From Akkermansia muciniphila (GTDB lineage Bacteria; Verrucomicrobiota; Verrucomicrobiia; Limisphaerales; UBA9464), in NCBI GenBank assembly GCA_945860685.1, contig CAMASJ010000003.1, forward strand, positions 1 to 46,160: 46,160 nt of DNA. The letters run 5' to 3'. Positions within the stretch are counted from its first letter, which is position 1; each line of letters begins with the position of its first letter. Below, piece by piece: positions 37,561 through 46,158 of this stretch. Below the pieces are notes generated by a model. That model did not search any database and had not been told where the DNA came from. It saw only the letters and a program-made list of their open reading frames with translations. The translations under genes and the position numbers were made by a program.

Positions 37561-39597
37561 TTGATCGCCGACCCACATCGCCACCGCTCACGGGCCACGA
37601 CCGTTGGATGGTTGTTTCTGTTGGTGCTGCTGGCCGGCTGCCTGCCTCAGCAGAAGGGATACCTGAGGCGGTTCGACGGGACGGTGATCGATCGGCCGGA
37701 ATCGGATCCCCTTGTCCGAGGCGCCTCGCCGGCGGTTCTGACCGTCGAGGCACTGGATGGACGCCGTCGCCTCCTGGGTTTCGGAACCGGCTTCGTCGTC
37801 GGTCCTGGCACGGTGGCGACCTGCCTCCACGTCATCGAATCCGCATCGCTCATCCAGGTCCGCCTGCCTTCGGGTGAGATTCGCAACGTATCCGGCGTCC
37901 GGGGTTCGGATCCGCTCAACGACCTGGTCGTCCTCGAGTTCGATGACGGCCCTTCCTCGATCCTCCCCTTGGCACTCCGGACGTCCACGGCGTCCATCGG
38001 CGAGTCGGTGACGGCTTTGGCGGGCCACAAGCACCTGCGGGTTCATGCGACCCGGGGAAAGGTCCTGGCGGTGCCCGAGATCGGCGGCGGATTGCTCTCC
38101 AAGTCGATCGTCCTTTCCGTTCCAGTGAGCCCGGGATTCAGCGGCGGACCCGTGCTAGACGTCCAGGGAAACGTCCTCGGAATCACCTCCGAGATCCTCA
38201 CCCAGGGTTCGGAAAGCGTCCTTCGGGCGGTACCGGCGTCGGAACTGGAGCCATTGCTCCGGGGCCCCTCGACACCCGTGATCCGCTGGCTCGAGGTACA
38301 CCCGCAACCGACTCCGGCGGCCTCGATCCTCGTCAGCCAGGCCGAAGCGCTCGGATTTTCCAACCTTCCGCGTTCCCTGTCGCTGATCTCCGAAGCGCTC
38401 CGCCAAAGCCCGACCTTCACCCGAGCCTGGACGCGTCGCGCAGCCCTGTTGATGGCCCTTCAGCGTCCGCTCGAAGCCGAAGCCTGCCTGCGGAAGGTGG
38501 AGGAACTCCGGCCGGGCCTCACCGGAATCCGCCTCGAACGCTCCGCCTGCCTCGTCCTTGCTGGAAGGCACGCCGAAGGCCGCCTCCTGGCCGAGGAGTT
38601 GGCCCGGGAAAGTCCCGGGAAGCCGATCCTCCAAAGTTGGCTTGCCGTCGCCCGCCTTGGCGACCGGAAACGCGAGGAGGCGATCGAGGCCGGTACCCGG
38701 GCCTGCAAACTCGGACCGGACCAGGCGGCATGCCACATCACCTACGGGGTGCTGCTCGCCAACGTCGGTTGCCTGCCGCAGGCACAAAGGCACCTGGAGC
38801 GGGCCACCCAGATCCAAGGGGAACTCGGGCCGGCCTGGATGCAGTTGGGTCTCGTCCAATGGCGCCAAGGCGACACCAACAGCAGCCGGGCCAGCCTCCG
38901 GCGCGCTTTGGAATGTCCGAACCTCAGGAACCCGACCCCAGCGCTGTACGTGCTTTTCCTCTACGACTGGGGATCCGGCGATTCGAAGGCGGCGATGAAG
39001 GCCTTTGGACGGTTTCTGGAGGCCGCACGTCATCCGGAGAATGCTCCGGGTCTCGACGCAGACACACGATTCCGCGCCGTACTGGACCGGATGCGGCCCA
39101 AGGACTGGAATTCGCCGCAAGCCCACGAAGTGCTGGCGAAGATCCTGGTGCACCACAAGGCCGGAGAGGTGATTTGGCCGATCCTCGAGGCCTGCGTCTG
39201 GACCACCCCTGACAATGTCGAGTGCTGGACGCGTCTCGCCGTCGCCGCCAACGCCCACGGGGACCATGAGCGGGCGATAGCGGCCGCCCGGCGTGCCTTG
39301 GAACTACAGGCGGGCCATTCCTTCGCCCACTGGGCGCTCGGCGTCGGCCAATACGCCCTCGGCGACGCCAAGGCCGGGAGGACGTCCATCATGAACGCCA
39401 CCGTGCTCAACAACGCGAACCGGCTGGCCTGGGAAGCATTGGTGGCCATCGAGCTGAAGGAAGGGCGCCACGACGAAGCCAAGAGGATCTGGGAGGGCAC
39501 ACCGTCGATTTCGAAGACGGACTCCGAATTGAAGGATCTCGGGGACCTCATCCCCGACACCCGCCGGCTTCGGTCCCTTGCGGAATCGCTGGAGTGA
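37561..39597 (+). CDS. Lipoprotein with a trypsin-like serine protease domain and TPR repeats
   Basis: Lipobox LLAG-C; GTGFVV, TCLHV (His), DLVVL (Asp), PGFSGGP (Ser); C-terminal TPR-like helices. Start uncertain. Confidence 0.8.
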   Translation: MIADPHRHRSRATTVGWLFLLVLLAGCLPQQKGYLRRFDGTVIDRPESDPLVRGASPAVLTVEALDGRRRLLGFGTGFVVGPGTVATCLHVIESASLIQVRLPSGEIRNVSGVRGSDPLNDLVVLEFDDGPSSILPLALRTSTASIGESVTALAGHKHLRVHATRGKVLAVPEIGGGLLSKSIVLSVPVSPGFSGGPVLDVQGNVLGITSEILTQGSESVLRAVPASELEPLLRGPSTPVIRWLEVHPQPTPAASILVSQAEALGFSNLPRSLSLISEALRQSPTFTRAWTRRAALLMALQRPLEAEACLRKVEELRPGLTGIRLERSACLVLAGRHAEGRLLAEELARESPGKPILQSWLAVARLGDRKREEAIEAGTRACKLGPDQAACHITYGVLLANVGCLPQAQRHLERATQIQGELGPAWMQLGLVQWRQGDTNSSRASLRRALECPNLRNPTPALYVLFLYDWGSGDSKAAMKAFGRFLEAARHPENAPGLDADTRFRAVLDRMRPKDWNSPQAHEVLAKILVHHKAGEVIWPILEACVWTTPDNVECWTRLAVAANAHGDHERAIAAARRALELQAGHSFAHWALGVGQYALGDAKAGRTSIMNATVLNNANRLAWEALVAIELKEGRHDEAKRIWEGTPSISKTDSELKDLGDLIPDTRRLRSLAESLE

Positions 39598-39618
39598 AGG
39601 TGTCATCGCGGCACCCCG

Positions 39619-40173
39619 ATGAAGATCCTCGTCCTGTTCGATTCGAAAACCGGCAACGTCGGTGAAATGGCCCGCCTCGTGGCCGAAGGTGCCGCCAGCC
39701 TTGAAGGCGCGGAAGTCCGCCTGAAATCGGTCGAAGAAGCGACCGCCGACGACGTGGTCTGGTGCGAGGGGATCGCGGTGGGAAGCCCCACCAACATGGG
39801 TATCCTGTCGTGGAGGATGAAGCGCTTCTGGGACGAGACGGTCGGTCCCCATTGGATGCAGCTGGACGGCCGGATCGGCTGCGCCTTCAGCAGCGCCGGG
39901 GGCTGGGGCGGAGGCATGGAGCTCGCCTGCCAATCGATCCTCACAGTCCTGATGAACTTCGGCTTCCTTACCTTCGGCGTCACCGACTACGCCGCCCGCT
40001 CCCTCACTCCCCATTACGGGGCCGTCGTGGCGAAGGCGCCCCGAGACGAGGCCGCCCAGGCCGCGTGCCGCCTGCTGGGACGCCGTCTCGCGGAATGGAC
40101 CGCGATCCACTTCCACGGACGACGCGACCTCCACCCGTCCCTCCGGGTTGAAAGCCGGATGCGTCCTTCCTGA
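39619..40173 (+). CDS. Flavodoxin-fold WrbA-like NAD(P)H:quinone oxidoreductase
   Basis: FDSKTGNVGEMA, AVGSPTNMG, AFSSAGGWGGG.E, HYGAV. Confidence 0.88.
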   Translation: MKILVLFDSKTGNVGEMARLVAEGAASLEGAEVRLKSVEEATADDVVWCEGIAVGSPTNMGILSWRMKRFWDETVGPHWMQLDGRIGCAFSSAGGWGGGMELACQSILTVLMNFGFLTFGVTDYAARSLTPHYGAVVAKAPRDEAAQAACRLLGRRLAEWTAIHFHGRRDLHPSLRVESRMRPS

Positions 40174-40195
40174 TCCTCGGAATGGGAACGAAGTC

Positions 40196-40349
40196 GGACC
40201 TCACGCAAATCCGCCAAGACGCCAAAGGGGATCCTGCAACGGAGCCGCAACGGATTTGGTAGCCACCCACCGATGTCAGGTTCTTCCGCCATGAAACCGG
40301 CGTTCCCTTTATGTCAACTTCGCGGCTCTGCGCCTTCGCGTGAGGGTCC
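40196..40349. repeat. REP-like element bounded by imperfect ~30-bp inverted repeats
   Basis: GGACCTCACGCAAATCCGCCAAGACGCCAAAG (40196-40227) versus CTTCGCGGCTCTGCGCCTTCGCGTGAGGGTCC (40318-40349); about 9-bp CGCNAAG periodicity. Confidence 0.55.
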
Positions 40350-40436
40350 CTTCTGCTGGAATCGGCCCTTCCTCTGGGACTTCGCATCCGATTGCCCTTC
40401 GCTCCGGAATCCGTCGCGCCCTAGGCTCTTCCGAGA

Positions 40437-41252
40437 ATGAGTTCTGAATCGATCCTCCGCGTCGAAGGCCTGCGGATCCAGCGCGACGGGGTGACCATCC
40501 TCGACGGCATCGACTGGACGATCGCCCAAGGCGAACACTGGGCGCTGCTCGGCGGAAACGGTTCGGGGAAGACCAGCCTGCTCTCGGCGCTCACCGGCTA
40601 CCTGATGCCCACCGCCGGCGGCATCCACCTGCTGGGCCACGAGTATGGACACGCCGACTGGCGGGAAGTCCGCCTCAAGATCGGCATCGTCAGTTCCTCG
40701 GTGCGGCAGATGATGAACGACACCGAGCCTGCGCTCGATTCCGTCGTGAGCGGCCGCTACGCGATCATCGACTACTGGGGACGTCCCATGCGTACCGATT
40801 CCGTGAAGGCGCGGCAGCTCCTGGCAGATGTCGAGGCCTTGCACCTCGAGCGCCGGCCTTGGGCGGTGCTCTCGCAGGGCGAACGCCAACGGGTGCTCAT
40901 CGCCCGGGCCCTCATGGCGGAACCCCGGATCCTGATCCTCGACGAGCCCTGCGCCGGCCTCGATCCGGTCGCACGGGAACATTTCCTCGGCTTCCTGGAC
41001 CGGTTGGCCCGACGTCCCGACGCCCCGACGCTGGTGCTCGTCACCCACCATGTGGAGGAGATCACCCCGGTCTTCTCCCACGCCCTGTTGCTCCGCGCCG
41101 GCCGCGCCGTGGCCTCAGGGCCGCTTCGGACCGCGCTCACCTCGGGGACGTTGAGCCGGATGTTCGGAAGCCCGGTTCGGCTGGGCCGGTCGGGAGGACG
41201 ATTCCGGCTTCGGGTTCCGGACACCGCGGTTCGGGACGGTGGCATCCTTTGA
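40437..41252 (+). CDS. ABC transporter ATP-binding protein (ModF/YlmA-like)
   Basis: Walker A GGNGSGKT, signature LSQGERQR, Walker B LILDEP, VTHH. Confidence 0.92.
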   Translation: MSSESILRVEGLRIQRDGVTILDGIDWTIAQGEHWALLGGNGSGKTSLLSALTGYLMPTAGGIHLLGHEYGHADWREVRLKIGIVSSSVRQMMNDTEPALDSVVSGRYAIIDYWGRPMRTDSVKARQLLADVEALHLERRPWAVLSQGERQRVLIARALMAEPRILILDEPCAGLDPVAREHFLGFLDRLARRPDAPTLVLVTHHVEEITPVFSHALLLRAGRAVASGPLRTALTSGTLSRMFGSPVRLGRSGGRFRLRVPDTAVRDGGIL

Positions 41253-42098
41253 AGGCGCAGCCGGGCCACCTGCAGATGCGGCTGGGGCGTCGCCGGGCGC
41301 GGGTTCCCCGGGTTTGGCCGGCTTCGCCCCGGGGTTCTTTCCGGGCCGGCTCAGGACCTCGGGGGGAACCGACTTCGGATCGAATCCGAACTTCCGGCAG
41401 AACTCGGCGACCGGTGCCACGATCACCGTTGTCCGCTTCAGGAACGGATCCGGGTACTCAAGCCGCACGGCGCGGAGGGCAAGGCCATGGGCGTCGCGAC
41501 GTCCGTAGAGGATGTCGCCGACCACCGGGCAACCCGCTTGACGCAGGTGGATGCGGATCTGGTGGGTCCGGCCGGTGATAGGCCGGGCGAGCACCAGCGC
41601 ACGTTGGCCCACGACCTGAAGCAGTTCGAAGTGGGTCTCCGCCTCCTTGCCATCCCGGCGGTCCACCCGGTGACGGCCATGGAGCTCGGGATCAGGCCCG
41701 AGGGGTTCCGTGCAGACCCAACTCGGCCTTTGCGGAATGGCGTCGGTGACCGCGAGGTAGGCCTTCTTGACGGTGCGTTCCGCGAAGACCCGGGAGAAGG
41801 CGGACATGGCTCCCTGGCTCTTCGAGAAGAGGAGGACGCCGGTGGTCGGGGCGTCGAGGCGGTGCACGAAGCGCAGGAACTTGAGGTTGCGAGACGCCGC
41901 CCACCAGGCCGCGTGCTCGATGTCGTCGACCAGCGCGCGGTGGAGGTTCCGCTCGTGGTGCTCGGCGTCGTCGGGCCCGAGCATCCAACCCGGAGGCTTG
42001 TCGATGGCCAGCACGCCGCGGTCCTCGTAGAGGATCGCGACGGGGGTCCCATCGGGAAGTTCGAAGGAGTCGGGCTTGGCCACGCCGGATTGAACCAC
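41115..42098 (-). CDS. RluA-family pseudouridine synthase
   Basis: ILYED..AIDKPPG, catalytic HRLDAPTTG, TGRTHQIRIH..PVVGD.LYG; Pro/Ala-rich tail. Start uncertain. Confidence 0.92.
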   Translation of the reverse strand: MVQSGVAKPDSFELPDGTPVAILYEDRGVLAIDKPPGWMLGPDDAEHHERNLHRALVDDIEHAAWWAASRNLKFLRFVHRLDAPTTGVLLFSKSQGAMSAFSRVFAERTVKKAYLAVTDAIPQRPSWVCTEPLGPDPELHGRHRVDRRDGKEAETHFELLQVVGQRALVLARPITGRTHQIRIHLRQAGCPVVGDILYGRRDAHGLALRAVRLEYPDPFLKRTTVIVAPVAEFCRKFGFDPKSVPPEVLSRPGKNPGAKPAKPGEPAPGDAPAASAGGPAAPSKDATVPNRGVRNPKPESSSRPAQPNRASEHPAQRPRGERGPKRP

Positions 42099-42133
42099 AG
42101 CGGTCGAAACGGCTCACGCCCTTCCTTCGACGA

Positions 42134-42151
42134 TGCAGAAATCGTTCTGCA
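42134..42151. promoter_or_regulatory. Perfect palindrome (candidate operator) between the divergent rluA and lysR genes
   Basis: TGCAGAA-ATCG-TTCTGCA, overlapping the -35 zone of the lysR promoter (TAGACT at 42169). Confidence 0.35.
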
Positions 42152-42180
42152 CTTCCGCGCTCCGGGACTAGACTCCGGCC

Positions 42181-43065
42181 GTGCAAATCCAGTCGTTCAA
42201 GGTGTTCTGCGACCTGGCCGAGACCGAGTCCTTCACCAAGGCGGCCCAGATCAACGGCATCACCCAAAGTGCGGTGAGCCAGCAGATCACCTCGCTGGAA
42301 CGCCAGCTCAAGGCGCTCCTGATCGAACGCAGCAAGAAGAAGTTCAGGCTCACCCGCGAAGGCGAGCTGCTCTACGAACACGGCAAGCAGATCATCCTCT
42401 CCTACGAGGGCCTCATCCACCGCCTTCAGGAGTCGAGGAACGTCATCTCGGGCACCATCCGCGTCGCCACCATCTACAGCATCGGCCTGCACGACCTGCA
42501 GCCCTACGTGAAGCGCTTCCTCAAGAAGCACCCGACGGTCAAGGTCCACATCGAGTACCACCGCGCCAACCAGGTCTACGACGACGTCCTGGGCAATGTC
42601 GTGGACCTCGGCCTGGTCGCCTATCCGATCCGCGATCCGAAGCTCGAGTTGGTTTCTCTGCGTGAGGAGAAGCTGGTGCTCATCTGCCACCCGGGGCATC
42701 CGTTCGCCAAGGTCAAGGGACTCCGCCTCCAGCAGTTGGAAGGACAGAAGTTCATCGGATTCGAACCCGACATCCCCACCCGCAAGGCCATCGACCGCGA
42801 ACTGCGCGAGCGATCCATCTCCGTCCGCCACGTCATGGAGTTCGACAACATCGAGACCGTGAAGCGGGCGGTCGAGATCGAGGCCGGCGTGAGCATCGTC
42901 CCAGCGGGCACCGTGGCGCAGGAAGTCTCGAAACACACGTTGGCCGCCGTCCCGTTTGCCGACGTCGAACTCACCCGCCCAATCGGCCTGATCCACAAGA
43001 AGACCAAGGTGCTTTCCCCGGCGATGAAGCAGTTCGTGGCATCGCTCCTCGAATTCCATCCCTGA
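42181..43065 (+). CDS. LysR-family transcriptional regulator
   Basis: HTH SFTKAAQINGITQSAVSQQITSLE..LT.EG; substrate-binding domain MEFDNIETVKRAVE..GVSIVP. Confidence 0.95.
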   Translation: MQIQSFKVFCDLAETESFTKAAQINGITQSAVSQQITSLERQLKALLIERSKKKFRLTREGELLYEHGKQIILSYEGLIHRLQESRNVISGTIRVATIYSIGLHDLQPYVKRFLKKHPTVKVHIEYHRANQVYDDVLGNVVDLGLVAYPIRDPKLELVSLREEKLVLICHPGHPFAKVKGLRLQQLEGQKFIGFEPDIPTRKAIDRELRERSISVRHVMEFDNIETVKRAVEIEAGVSIVPAGTVAQEVSKHTLAAVPFADVELTRPIGLIHKKTKVLSPAMKQFVASLLEFHP

Positions 43066-43083
43066 ACAAGGTCCCCGGAGCCC

Positions 43084-43110
43084 GGAACCCCCGCTCGGGG
43101 TTCCCTTCTC
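43084..43110. terminator. Hairpin between convergent lysR and folA
   Basis: GGAACCCC-CGCTC-GGGGTTCC followed by CTTCTC. Confidence 0.45.
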
Positions 43111-43143
43111 GATCGAGGGATCAGGACCCGCGGATCGACAGGA

Positions 43144-43626
43144 TCAAGCGATCAGGGTCGAGCGATGCACCCAGTGCTCGACGTGGAAGTCTGAATGGCG
43201 CAGCACTTCCGCCATCCAGACGAAGTCCTTCTCGAACCCCGGGAAGACGGCGTCGCCGTCGACGTTCCGGTGGACCCGGCTGAGGAACAGGTCCGTGCAG
43301 GATGGCAACAGCTGGGAATACAAGTCCGCGCCCCCGCAAAGCCATAGTGGTCTGGGATCGCCCTGAATCGCGAGACGGAGCGACTCCAGGTCGTTGAAAA
43401 CCCTCACGCCCGGATGGAGGAACTCACCGCGGCTGACAACCCAGGTCTCTCGACCTGGAAGCGGGCGCCCGATGGACTCGAACGTCTTACGCCCCTGGAT
43501 CAGCACCCCACGCAGTGTGACCTCGCGGAACCATTTGAAGTCCGCAGGCACATGCCAAGGAATGCGACCGTGGTCGCCGATCACGCCGTTCTCGGAGACG
43601 GCCGCGATCGCGCGGAGTCGACCCAT
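43144..43626 (-). CDS. folA: Dihydrofolate reductase
   Basis: AAVSENGVIG..IPWHVPADFKWF, GRKTFESIGRPLPGR, CGGADLY, GDAVFP. Confidence 0.93.
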   Translation of the reverse strand: MGRLRAIAAVSENGVIGDHGRIPWHVPADFKWFREVTLRGVLIQGRKTFESIGRPLPGRETWVVSRGEFLHPGVRVFNDLESLRLAIQGDPRPLWLCGGADLYSQLLPSCTDLFLSRVHRNVDGDAVFPGFEKDFVWMAEVLRHSDFHVEHWVHRSTLIA

Positions 43627-43639
43627 CGTGGACTCCGGA

Positions 43640-44398
43640 TCAGGCCTCGCCAGGAGGCGTGGACGCAGGTGCCGGCGCGGATTCGGGGGCGGGTTCGGCC
43701 GTGGGCACGGAGAGACCCTCGAAGGGGCTGGGACCCAGCGACCCCTTGGATTCCGCCGCGTTGGTGGAAACCTTGGACGAGGCGGGTGCAGCCGCAGCGG
43801 CCTTGGGGGCCTCCGCCGGGGTGGGGACAGCCTCCTTCGGGTTCTTGGCCCGCTTGTTCTTCGCCAAGGGACTGACCATCACGTTGATCGCGCGGCCGAT
43901 CAGCTTCGGCGGGAAGTCCGGGTGACCCCACGGCGAAAGCTTCTCGAGGAACTTCTCCATAACCTCCTTGCCGATCTCCGTGTGCGCCATCTCGCGTCCG
44001 CGGAAACGGAGCGTGGCCTTCACCTTCATGTCCTCGCAGAGGAACCCGATCGCATGCTCCAGCTTGATACCCAAGTCGTGCGGATCGATTCGGGGGGACA
44101 GCTGCACCTCCTTCACCGTGTTGGTATGCTGGTGCTTCTTGCTGTCACGCTCCTTCTTCGACAGCTCGTACTTGAACTTGCCGTAGTCGATGATGCGACA
44201 GACCGGAGGAACGGCGTTCGGAGCGATCTCGACGAGATCCACGCCGGCCTGGCGGGCGAGATTGATGGCCGCCGCCAGATCGATGACCCCGACCTGCTGC
44301 CCGTCATGGCCAATGACACGGACGTCGCGGGCCCGGATCTTGCCATTGATGCGATGCAGGGGCTGTGCCTGCTGGTGACGCGAAAACGGGCGGTTCAA
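43640..44398 (-). CDS. infC: Translation initiation factor IF-3 (TTG start, Ala/Pro-rich C-terminal extension)
   Basis: RINGKIRARDVRVI, DLVEIAPNAVPPVCRIIDYGKFKYE, KEVQL.P.ID.HD, FRGREMAH; GGAGG-N7-TTG. Confidence 0.96.
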   Translation of the reverse strand: MNRPFSRHQQAQPLHRINGKIRARDVRVIGHDGQQVGVIDLAAAINLARQAGVDLVEIAPNAVPPVCRIIDYGKFKYELSKKERDSKKHQHTNTVKEVQLSPRIDPHDLGIKLEHAIGFLCEDMKVKATLRFRGREMAHTEIGKEVMEKFLEKLSPWGHPDFPPKLIGRAINVMVSPLAKNKRAKNPKEAVPTPAEAPKAAAAAPASSKVSTNAAESKGSLGPSPFEGLSVPTAEPAPESAPAPASTPPGEA

Positions 44399-44469
44399 AG
44401 TACCGCCTCCGGTTTGTGGTGAATCATGCGTGCAAACGAACCGACAGACTACCCTTCAGGGTCTCGGTC

Positions 44470-44498
44470 GCTATAGGGGGCCACCGCTTTTCGGGCAA
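44470..44498 (-). promoter_or_regulatory. Putative sigma70 promoter of infC-folA
   Basis: Minus strand TTGCCC-N17-TATAGC, followed by a hairpin-forming leader (44430-44469). Confidence 0.5.
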
Positions 44499-44587
44499 GC
44501 CAAAAGACCCGAAATGCCCGCTTCGCGGATGGGATTCCGGCACTCCCATTCGGCTCTTGGATCCGGCTGGACATGCGGGACGCCAGA

Positions 44588-45331
44588 TCAGGGTCCCACG
44601 AGGGAGATCCGAGCAACCTCCAGCCTCGGCACTTCCCCGAGGAAGACGAGTCTTCCCGCGACACGCAGACTCCGCGCTGCGAGCCGCGCGTCGAGGACCA
44701 GCGGACGCCCTTCACGGCCGGTCAGCAGCACGACCACCCCGCTTCCGGTCGCGTCCCGGACCAACAGGCCCGGCGGGACCCCGCCTCGGAGGCAGACGAC
44801 GGCGCAGGAGCGATGGACCTTGGCGGTTGCCGGTCGCATGACGCCCGCCCAGCACTTCGTGTCGACGAGCTCTCCTTCGAGCAGGACCTCGCCCAGATCG
44901 ACATCGCGGACCTCCGGTCGGGTCTCCTGTACCCCTCCGAGCACTTGGAAGGATTCCGGGGAGTTCAATTCGATCATAGCCAGCCGACCGGCCTGGATGC
45001 GTGAGCCCTCGAACCGCACCAACTCGCCATGATGTCCCCGCGCGAAATCCGGCAGACCGTGCTTGCCGGCACCCACCAGGAGATGGTGCCGCACCACGCC
45101 TTCGTCCGAAACGGTCCGGAGCAACGGCAGCGGAGTTTCCAGGATGCGGCCTTCGAAGGCCTTGCGGACCCCGAACTCGAACGTGCCGGGCTCGGCCGGT
45201 GAGAGACCCATCGACAAGAGCGAAGCCGCTACCACACCGAAGCCGAAGAGGAAAACCACAACCCAACCACGAAACCGATTCAGGCCCGGCGGTGCATCCT
45301 TGGCGTATCCAACATAGAACTCGTCGTTCAT
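44588..45331 (-). CDS. Uncharacterised membrane-anchored protein with a C-x12-H-x2-C-x3-C motif
   Basis: MNDEFYVGY start overlaps the upstream stop (ATGA); one TM helix; GELVDTKC..VHRSCAVVCLRGGVPP. Confidence 0.8.
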   Translation of the reverse strand: MNDEFYVGYAKDAPPGLNRFRGWVVVFLFGFGVVAASLLSMGLSPAEPGTFEFGVRKAFEGRILETPLPLLRTVSDEGVVRHHLLVGAGKHGLPDFARGHHGELVRFEGSRIQAGRLAMIELNSPESFQVLGGVQETRPEVRDVDLGEVLLEGELVDTKCWAGVMRPATAKVHRSCAVVCLRGGVPPGLLVRDATGSGVVVLLTGREGRPLVLDARLAARSLRVAGRLVFLGEVPRLEVARISLVGP

Positions 45332-46158
45332 TCCTCCCTCCCCTTCGTGGATTCGCTTCCCGGACATACGGTCCGCAACGGATTCGCCTCCGCTCGAACC
45401 CAAAGCCGTCCTCCGATGATCCGAGTCGCGTGGGTCTCCACCATCTCCTCGAAGGGCGGAGGACTGCAGCCATCCTCGGGACGGTAGTTCCATCCGTGCC
45501 ATGGACACGTGATGCAGCCGTCGAGGATCCGCCCCTCACCCAGGGGCCCACCCTGATGCCGGCAGACGTTGGAGGTGGCGAAGATCCGGTTGCGGTGCCG
45601 GAACACCGCGATCCGCCCTTCTCCGACAGTCACAACCCGGCCCCGTCCTTCCAGAAACGCCTCCACCTCGCCCACGTCCACGAAGCCTTCGGCAACCGCG
45701 GTCCCCGCCGTGGGCGTCCGGACGGACCCCTTTCGCGCCGCGGTTGCATGGAGTCCGAGCAACAGGAGGAAGCCGACAGCCAGGAGCGTGGGCAGGATCA
45801 CGCTGCGCTCGGTCTGAACCACCCCGGCGGCCACGTGGATGAACAACAGCAGGTAGGCGAGGTAGACGCCGAGGTGCAGCGACTTCCAAAGAGGCGGTCC
45901 GAGCCGCTTGAGCCAGAAGTCGTGGCTGGTGGCAGCCAACAGGAAGAGCACGGCCAATCCCGCGACGCCGAACGGCTCGAAGGGAAAATGCCCCACGACC
46001 AGACGCCCATCGGACAACATCCGTGCATCCTGCGAGTAGGACGTCAGCACGCTCACGAAGGGATTCACGTCCCCGAGCGCGTGGAACTGGAACAGCGACA
46101 AAACGCCGTGGACCAGGCCGATCCCGAAGAGGGTCACACCGAGGTGCCGGCGGTTGTA
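45328..46158 (-). CDS. Ferric reductase-like (MsrQ-type) transmembrane domain fused to a Rieske [2Fe-2S] domain; 5' end lies outside the window
   Basis: YNRRHLGV, LVHG, LAATSHD..WKSLHLGVY..IHV (heme-b His pattern); Rieske CRHQGGPL..CPWHG. Confidence 0.9.
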   Translation of the reverse strand, partial: YNRRHLGVTLFGIGLVHGVLSLFQFHALGDVNPFVSVLTSYSQDARMLSDGRLVVGHFPFEPFGVAGLAVLFLLAATSHDFWLKRLGPPLWKSLHLGVYLAYLLLFIHVAAGVVQTERSVILPTLLAVGFLLLLGLHATAARKGSVRTPTAGTAVAEGFVDVGEVEAFLEGRGRVVTVGEGRIAVFRHRNRIFATSNVCRHQGGPLGEGRILDGCITCPWHGWNYRPEDGCSPPPFEEMVETHATRIIGGRLWVRAEANPLRTVCPGSESTKGREE

